In this document: positions 58,450 through 64,000 of the stretch, one piece after another
Layout: each line of letters begins with the position of its first letter
Numbering within the stretch: the first letter of the stretch is position 1
From: an uncultured Ignavibacteria bacterium
Lineage (GTDB): Bacteria; Zixibacteria; MSB-5A5; CAIYYT01
Assembly: GCA_964592145.1 (NCBI GenBank)
Contig: CAZQBX010000002.1
Coordinates: forward strand, 33,634-97,633
Direction: 5' to 3'
DNA length: 64,000 nucleotides
The notes under the pieces: model-generated
Told to the model about the DNA's origin: nothing
What the model saw: only the letters and a program-made list of their open reading frames with translations
Databases searched by the model: none
Program-made: the position numbers and the translations under genes

Positions 58450-58970
58450 TACTTGGCCTCCCCTGACTTATGAACTCGTCCGGCGCGAACGTCGTTGAGC
58501 ATCGTTTCGGTCTTCGAGACGGTCATGTTACCAAAGTAAACTTCGTTGGCGGTCACGAGTGGTCCGAGGGCGCAGGCACCGAGACAGTTCACGGTCTCAA
58601 GGCTGATTTCGCCGTCGGGAGTGGTTTCTCCCGATTTGATCTTCAGGTCACGTTCCAGCTTGTCAACGATTACGGTCGCTTGCCGAACATGACAGGCGGT
58701 GCCGGTACAAACACAGATGTGGTTTTTACCTTTTGGCTTGAGGCTGAAGGTGCGATAGAAGGTTGCAACCCCATAAATCTGTGCAAGCGGCAATTTCATC
58801 GTTTTCGAGACAGCGCGCATCGCTGACTCCGGCAGATAACGATAGTGCTTTTGAATGTCCTGAAGGATCATGATGAGTGCCGACGCCTTGGCGCCATACT
58901 CGGCCACAATTTGATCGATCGCTTCCTGGACGTCATACTCTTCTTGCGGAGCCGCAGGTAATGTGGTCAT
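58449..58970 (-). CDS. NuoE-like thioredoxin-fold [2Fe-2S] subunit (HydC/HoxE/HndA type)
   Basis: CVCTGTACHV...CLGACALGP motif. ATG at 58970 follows GGAGGTGA by 8 nt; the ORF-track start at 59063 is a spurious extension. Confidence 0.88.
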   Translation of the reverse strand: MTTLPAAPQEEYDVQEAIDQIVAEYGAKASALIMILQDIQKHYRYLPESAMRAVSKTMKLPLAQIYGVATFYRTFSLKPKGKNHICVCTGTACHVRQATVIVDKLERDLKIKSGETTPDGEISLETVNCLGACALGPLVTANEVYFGNMTVSKTETMLNDVRAGRVHKSGEAK

Positions 58971-59932
58971 GATTGCTTCACCTCCGCAGGCAGTAGGTCT
59001 TTTTCGGGCATTGGTTGAGCCCCTGTGAGAACCGTCAAGTCGTGCTTTGGCCCCATTCGCCATTTGTCTTGAACGTCGAGTAGGCGCCCTTCACGATAGA
59101 CCCGGTCGCCCAGGATCATGCGGCGACGAGTTGGTGTCGGCACGCTGGGGCAGGCTTCGAAGCAGGCACCGCAGCTGTTGCATTTTGTGGTGTCCACATA
59201 CCGGGGTTTCTTCTTAAGTTTGACCGTAAAATTCCCCAAATACCCGGTCACCCCTTCGACTTCAGTCCAAGTCATTAGGCGAATGTTCGGGTGTTTTCCG
59301 ACTGCAACCATTTTCGGAGTCAGAATACAAGCGGCGCAGTCGAGCGTTGGAAACGTCTTATCAAACTGCGCCATATGACCGCCGATCGTGGTTTCCTTTT
59401 CGACGAGGATAACTTTGAAGCCGGCATCCGCAATTTGTAGGGCTGCTTCAATCCCGGCTATTCCGCCGCCGACGATGAGTACCTGCTGTTTGATCGGGAC
59501 GCGGCGCATGTCGAGCGGTTCATGAAGCCTGACTCTGGCAACCGCCGCCCGCACCAGTGAGATCGCCTTGGCCGTGGCAGCTTTAGGATCGAGAGTTACC
59601 CAGCTTACCTGTTCGCGAATGTTCGCCATTTCAAAGAGGTAGCGATTGAGTTGAGCGCGTTCGCAGGCGTTACGAAATGTCGGTTCATGCATCAGCGGAC
59701 TGCAGGCCGCGACCACGACGCGATTGAGTTTGAGTTCGCGGATGTCTTTCTGAATCAGTTCTTGTCCCGGTTCCGAGCACATGAACTTGTATTGCCTGGC
59801 GACAACCACGTTGGGAAGCGTGCTGGCGATCTCGGCGACCTTACCCACATCAACCATTTTGGCGATGTTGTTTCCGCAGTGGCAGACATAGACGCCGACG
59901 CGGATTTCCGAGCCGTTTTGCGACTGGTTCAT
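58967..59932 (-). CDS. N-terminal half of heterodisulfide reductase subunit A (HdrA): Cys-cluster domain + first part of FAD domain + one ferredoxin motif
   Basis: IRVGVYVCHCGNNIA...CSEPGQ...VVVAACSP, FAD dinucleotide fold VLIVGGGIAGIEAAL...LDCAACILTP, then CNSCGACFEACP. It ends without the second half of the TrxR-like fold. Confidence 0.8.
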   Translation of the reverse strand: MNQSQNGSEIRVGVYVCHCGNNIAKMVDVGKVAEIASTLPNVVVARQYKFMCSEPGQELIQKDIRELKLNRVVVAACSPLMHEPTFRNACERAQLNRYLFEMANIREQVSWVTLDPKAATAKAISLVRAAVARVRLHEPLDMRRVPIKQQVLIVGGGIAGIEAALQIADAGFKVILVEKETTIGGHMAQFDKTFPTLDCAACILTPKMVAVGKHPNIRLMTWTEVEGVTGYLGNFTVKLKKKPRYVDTTKCNSCGACFEACPSVPTPTRRRMILGDRVYREGRLLDVQDKWRMGPKHDLTVLTGAQPMPEKDLLPAEVKQS

Positions 59933-60813
59933 ACGGCCACCACTCCTTTCAACGCTATTAGCTTGCTTGGTTCGATAAGCAACTTATCGAGTCCGAGTTC
60001 CGCAGGCGAAAGTCCCAGTGCGATTCCGACCAAGTGCGTGAAGTATATGACCGGTATGTTGAAATCCGTCCTATACTGCGCGTTGACTTTGCCCTGAAAG
60101 CCCTCAAGATTCACGTGGCAGAGGGGGCAGGCAGTGGCGATGACGTCACCGCCGTTCTCCGCGGCTGCTTGCAGAAGTTCATGACAGAGTTTCAGGGCAA
60201 TCTGCTCGTCGGTGGTCATTAGCATTCCACCGCAGCAGCGTACTTTGGGCGGGTAGTGTACCGACTCGGCGCCGAGGGCACGGATCAGGGTGTCCATTGT
60301 CTGGGGATCATCTTTGTCGTCGAAGTAACCGACCGGCCGAACGATCTGACAACCGTAGTATGGGGCGACTTTAAGGCCGGTGAGCGGCCGCGTGACTTTT
60401 GTCTTGAGCACTTCAATTCCAACGTCATTGACGATGATATCAAGCGGATGTCGCACGTTGACTGGTTTGGTATAGGACATCCCCGCCGCAGCGAGAGCCT
60501 CGTTGATCTTCTTGCCTTCCTTGGGATCCCAGGCAATGTGTCGATTGGTTTTGCGAAGTATCGTGTAGCAGCTACTGCAGGGTGCGCAGATTTCGAGACC
60601 CATTTCCTGCGCCAGCGCCAGATTACGCGCACTGATCGAATAGCCGACGATTTTCTTGGCGGACATGTACATTGTCGCGCCACAGCAGTTCCAGTCCTCG
60701 ATTTCGCGAAGCCCAATTCCAAGCGATTTGAAGACAGCTCGCGTCGACTTGTCATATGGGCTGGCCGTATGCTCGAGACTACAACCAGGGTAGTAAGCAT
60801 ATTCTTGCATCAC
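59929..60813 (-). CDS. hdrB: heterodisulfide reductase subunit B (two CCG domains)
   Basis: YYPGCS / WNCCG and PYYGCQ / RCCGG motifs. Confidence 0.92.
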   Translation of the reverse strand: MMQEYAYYPGCSLEHTASPYDKSTRAVFKSLGIGLREIEDWNCCGATMYMSAKKIVGYSISARNLALAQEMGLEICAPCSSCYTILRKTNRHIAWDPKEGKKINEALAAAGMSYTKPVNVRHPLDIIVNDVGIEVLKTKVTRPLTGLKVAPYYGCQIVRPVGYFDDKDDPQTMDTLIRALGAESVHYPPKVRCCGGMLMTTDEQIALKLCHELLQAAAENGGDVIATACPLCHVNLEGFQGKVNAQYRTDFNIPVIYFTHLVGIALGLSPAELGLDKLLIEPSKLIALKGVVAV

Positions 60814-61397
60814 TGTTCTCCAAACTCGTTAGCTTTTTTGATGATTGCCTGGATTTGATTGACGCGCCTGATGCGTTTCGGAAGCAGCCCCATTCTGCCG
60901 CGTCGAATCATTGCAATCCCATAACCTGATGTCGTGAATAGTTTCACAATGTGTGAGCGCATAAAGTACTTGATGCCGAGGCCGAGTTCATAATTGCGTC
61001 CGTACTTATAGACGTTGTTCATAAATGTCGAGGAGAGGCTATGAACTGGGAAGTTGGCGGGATAGATCTTACGATGCATCGCGATTCGCTTCAGTGCATA
61101 CATTGTGTCTGTGACCTTGATTCCGGAAGGACATCTGACGGTACAAGCATAGCATGATGCGCAAATCCAGATCGCCTTGCTGCGCAGGATGTCCTCCAAG
61201 CGGCCGGCTCTGAACATTGCGATGGTTTGGCGTGGCGTGATGTCCATAAACTGCGATACCGGGCAGGTTCCCGTGCAGGTTCCGCACTGAAGACACTTCT
61301 TGATCTTGTGTCCGTCAGGAAATGAGTCGATTTGTTCCCAAAAAGCGGCGTGCAGTTCAGCCTCTGTGGGCGAAGTGGTCTTGATTGCTTCAGTCAT
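60810..61397 (-). CDS. hdrC: heterodisulfide reductase subunit C (2x[4Fe-4S])
   Basis: CLQCGTCTGTCP and CASCYACTVRCP. Confidence 0.9.
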   Translation of the reverse strand: MTEAIKTTSPTEAELHAAFWEQIDSFPDGHKIKKCLQCGTCTGTCPVSQFMDITPRQTIAMFRAGRLEDILRSKAIWICASCYACTVRCPSGIKVTDTMYALKRIAMHRKIYPANFPVHSLSSTFMNNVYKYGRNYELGLGIKYFMRSHIVKLFTTSGYGIAMIRRGRMGLLPKRIRRVNQIQAIIKKANEFGEQ

Positions 61398-61653
61398 AAG
61401 ACCTCAATAGATTGAAAGTACTCGAATTCGGAAGAGAGCACCGGATTGGGTTACTCACCGTGTCAACAAGATAGCATCGTGACACGCACCCAATTATCGA
61501 TGTTGATATCTATGATGGAATTAATCAGCTTTTCAGTTAGGTGTCAAGAGAAATATTTCACAAAGTAATAGTATAATATAAAACAAAGAATAGCTTCATT
61601 GTGGTGAAATACGCCCTCCTTTGAACTGATCAAGCCCGGTCGATTGGGTGGTG

Positions 61654-62208
61654 TTATCGACCGATCAGATGCAGGAATTCCGCTCTGGTAGCGGGGTCTT
61701 CGTGCAGTTCACCCAACATTGCGGATGTGACCATCACAGAGTTCTGCTTCTCCACACCACGCATCATCATGCAAAGATGCTGGGCTTCTATGACAACTCC
61801 AACTCCGATAGCTCCGGTGTGGATTTGAATCGTATTAGCGATCTGACGTGTTAAGTTCTCCTGAATCTGAAGCCGGCGGCCAAAGACATCAACCACACGT
61901 GCCACTTTTGAAAGCCCAAGCACTTTTCCATCGGGAATGTATCCGACGTGACACTTGCCAAAGAATGGCAAGAGATGGTGCTCGCACATAGAATAGAGCT
62001 CGATGTTTTTCACGACCACAAGTTCCTTTGTGTCCGATTCGAAGAGTGCATCGTTGATAATCGCACCGATGTCTTCGCTGTAGCCTTTCATCAAGAACTC
62101 AAATGCTTTGGCAGCGCGAGCCGGAGTTCTTTGTAAGCCCTCACGGTTGGGATCCTCGCCAATGTGAGTTAAGAGATTGCGATAGAGTTCTTCAAGCCGC
62201 GTAGTCAT
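61654..62208 (-). CDS. folE: GTP cyclohydrolase I
   Basis: CEHHLLPF and HLCM..RG motifs. ATG at 62208 follows GGAGAG; the ORF-track start at 62244 is 12 aa longer. Confidence 0.92.
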   Translation of the reverse strand: MTTRLEELYRNLLTHIGEDPNREGLQRTPARAAKAFEFLMKGYSEDIGAIINDALFESDTKELVVVKNIELYSMCEHHLLPFFGKCHVGYIPDGKVLGLSKVARVVDVFGRRLQIQENLTRQIANTIQIHTGAIGVGVVIEAQHLCMMMRGVEKQNSVMVTSAMLGELHEDPATRAEFLHLIGR

Positions 62209-62352
62209 TTTGTGCTCTCCTGAAAGTCGTGCGCCAATGTTCAATCGCCATCAGGCAGGTTTGACGGCTAATCCGCCCTTCGCAATATACATGTATCATT
62301 AATCAAGTGTTGGAATTATCTGCGTGGGCAGAATAATGAGATAATAAACGTG

Positions 62353-62928
62353 TCAGTTTTCCGGTTGGGCGATTGGTAGAGCCGGATTTGCTTCGGCGGA
62401 GATGATCATACGGAGTGGCGCCCCGGGCGATTCGGCGGAGCTGACCATGATCGTTGTTGAGCGACGCACTCGCATCCATTGCGACTGTGGTATTGTCGGA
62501 GCCAGTGTGGCCTCAAATTGATAGAGCGAGAAGTTGATGTCAAACAACGTTCTGACATTAAAACCAAACAATATATGCGGAGGCTTCTTGATGATGTGAG
62601 GCAAGTGATCCTTGTTGTCGTACTCGGAGAAGTTGAGTAATAGAGCTCGTCTAGAACTATTGTGTCCCAACAAGTCGCCAGGGATCTCGAAGCAGGCAAT
62701 GAATTTAGTCTGCGAGTGCGGTAGCGCAATTGTCGAGAAAGTCGCCAATTGCTGAATCGTTTCGACGTCTTCCAGACGAGTGACCGAGCCAATGATACCG
62801 TTGACAGTGTGAATGACCTCGAGGAATTCTGGCGTGGAATTAACCATATATCGAATGGGTTTCAACACGCCGAATGGAGTGATCGCAGCCTGGCTTAAGA
62901 CCTGAGTCATGCTAAACGCCTTGGCCAC
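62353..62928 (-). CDS. hypothetical protein (191 aa)
   Basis: Long ORF with globular-looking sequence and no recognisable motif. Confidence 0.45.
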   Translation of the reverse strand: MAKAFSMTQVLSQAAITPFGVLKPIRYMVNSTPEFLEVIHTVNGIIGSVTRLEDVETIQQLATFSTIALPHSQTKFIACFEIPGDLLGHNSSRRALLLNFSEYDNKDHLPHIIKKPPHILFGFNVRTLFDINFSLYQFEATLAPTIPQSQWMRVRRSTTIMVSSAESPGAPLRMIISAEANPALPIAQPEN

Positions 62929-63047
62929 ACGCCTAATAATTGATGCATGGTACGATTATCGACAATGATTGAGGATTCGTTAGTCGTTGTCGAGCCGGGG
63001 ATTGCCCAAATTCTCGCCCCTAAGCCGCTAATAGTTAAGCGATTACG

Positions 63048-64000
63048 TTACTCCGCCGCCATCACAGAAATTCCCCAATATTGAGGATTCCTTGGTTTTG
63101 CGGCATTCCAGTTTCCGAACGAATGGGAGCCGTCTGACACATAGTAAAGCCGATACGTTCCAGCGTCAAGGTAGATATGAGTGTCTGCGACCCGGTTCTT
63201 TTCCGCACCGCCTGCAGCTGAGGTTTTGCGATAGGTCATTTCCCAAACGATATCCTTGGTCTGGACATTTTCGATCCAGCCGTAGTCGTACATTTCGTTA
63301 TCTGACCCTTCGCCCATCGCAATGATATGAACGCGGGTAGGCTGGCTAATTGTAAACGAAGTCGACTCCTCAGCATCATCGCCAACTCGAACGATTCTGG
63401 CGAGCACATCCTTTGATTCTGTCTCCTCTTGCAGTTCAGCGATAAGGGAGCGGTCAAATGAGTTGTTTACAGCGAAAAGTGTCACACCGTAGTTTTTCTG
63501 ATCATATGGTGCTCCGGCATTCCATTCACCATAGGCGTGCGAGTCATCAGTAACATAGCCGAGAACATAGTCACCCTTCGGAAGCATAACGACCTCATCA
63601 GCCAAGCGATTCTTCTTGGCGCCACCGGCTGATTCGGTATTGCGTTCCTGCATCAGCCAGAACGGCCGTGAGTCGCCAAGCCGCTCGATCCAGGCATAGT
63701 CGGCGAAATCACCTGTACCAGTGCTGTACTCGCCGAGAGCGTAGACACGTACTTCGCAATCCTGCTTGACGCGGAATGGTTTTACTTCCATGAAGTCATC
63801 GCCGGCTCTGACAATCGAAAGTAGTGCCAATTGAGACGAACTTTCGCGGTAGGTGGACACAGAGGCCAAATCGCTTTTTGATAACGCAGAAACTCGAACG
63901 CCGTAGGCTTCGGGATTGTACGGCGGCGGGCAATTCCAATCATCATAGCTGTGAGAATCATCGGTGACGTAATAGAGCAGGTAGTTGCCTTTGTCGAGTC
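63048..64000 (-). CDS. tandem-repeat protein, 5' partial (N-terminus beyond window end)
   Basis: Frame stays open to position 64000; the ORF-track start at 63869 is an internal TTG. At least three roughly 125-aa repeats (DY[AG]WIE...AGGA[KE]KNR[LV]AD...Y.L.YV[TS]D[DG]SH[AS][YF]G[EN]WNA..P.[DN][QP].[NY][WY]G[VI]). Confidence 0.7.
   Translation of the reverse strand, partial: LDKGNYLLYYVTDDSHSYDDWNCPPPYNPEAYGVRVSALSKSDLASVSTYRESSSQLALLSIVRAGDDFMEVKPFRVKQDCEVRVYALGEYSTGTGDFADYAWIERLGDSRPFWLMQERNTESAGGAKKNRLADEVVMLPKGDYVLGYVTDDSHAYGEWNAGAPYDQKNYGVTLFAVNNSFDRSLIAELQEETESKDVLARIVRVGDDAEESTSFTISQPTRVHIIAMGEGSDNEMYDYGWIENVQTKDIVWEMTYRKTSAAGGAEKNRVADTHIYLDAGTYRLYYVSDGSHSFGNWNAAKPRNPQYWGISVMAAE

Noticed and set aside
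58971-59063. 31-aa N-terminal extension of the NuoE-like ORF (and similar extensions of mvhG and folE)
   Set aside because: Internal ATGs are preceded by strong SD sequences and give products starting at the conserved N-termini. The extensions overlap upstream genes extensively.
1-64000. tRNA, rRNA, CRISPR arrays, transposase or integrase genes
   Set aside because: No cloverleaf-compatible GTTCGAATC-type T-arm or anticodon-stem patterns were seen in intergenic regions. There are no repeat-spacer arrays and no transposase or integrase-like ORFs. None detected by eye.

Overview
This window looks like chromosomal DNA from an anaerobic bacterium. It is densely coded (about 50 genes), roughly 52% GC, and has no rRNA, tRNA, CRISPR array or obvious mobile element. 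From start to end it contains: (1) two tandemly duplicated genes for secreted dockerin-repeat proteins; (2) pilT, accB, an M24 Xaa-Pro aminopeptidase and a TPR protein; (3) a PaaK/CapK-like CoA ligase, an M32 carboxypeptidase, mntP and aspS; (4) the conserved phoH-pgpH(7TM-HD)-ybeY-corC operon; (5) a Ser/Thr kinase-TPR gene interrupted by an in-frame TGA; (6) icd, mutY, zupT, lptF/lptG and an HD-GYP protein; (7) a cusC-YHS-cusB-cusA heavy-metal efflux operon, divergent from a sigma-54-type two-component system, with a perfect 15-bp inverted repeat and a sigma-54 promoter motif in the shared regulatory region; (8) asmA, cysE, rarA, a secreted class-I-GATase-like protein, an HhH protein, a DUF2723-TPR membrane protein and mtaB; (9) folE and a repeat-containing protein that runs off the window end. 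The most striking region is a roughly 10-kb, translationally coupled operon on the minus strand (about 51.0-61.4 kb). It encodes hdrC, hdrB, the N-terminal half of HdrA, NuoE-like and NuoF-like (HydC/HydB-type) subunits, a fusion of a HoxU/NuoG-N-terminal-like ferredoxin with the C-terminal half of HdrA, mvhD, mvhG, mvhA, a hydrogenase maturation protease and a CxxCxGxG zinc-finger protein. In other words, an NADH-dehydrogenase module sits inside a split HdrA, all linked to an Mvh-type [NiFe]-hydrogenase. This is a candidate new electron-bifurcating NAD(H)/H2/heterodisulfide complex. All calls rest on reading the six-frame translations and motifs by eye. No database search was possible.
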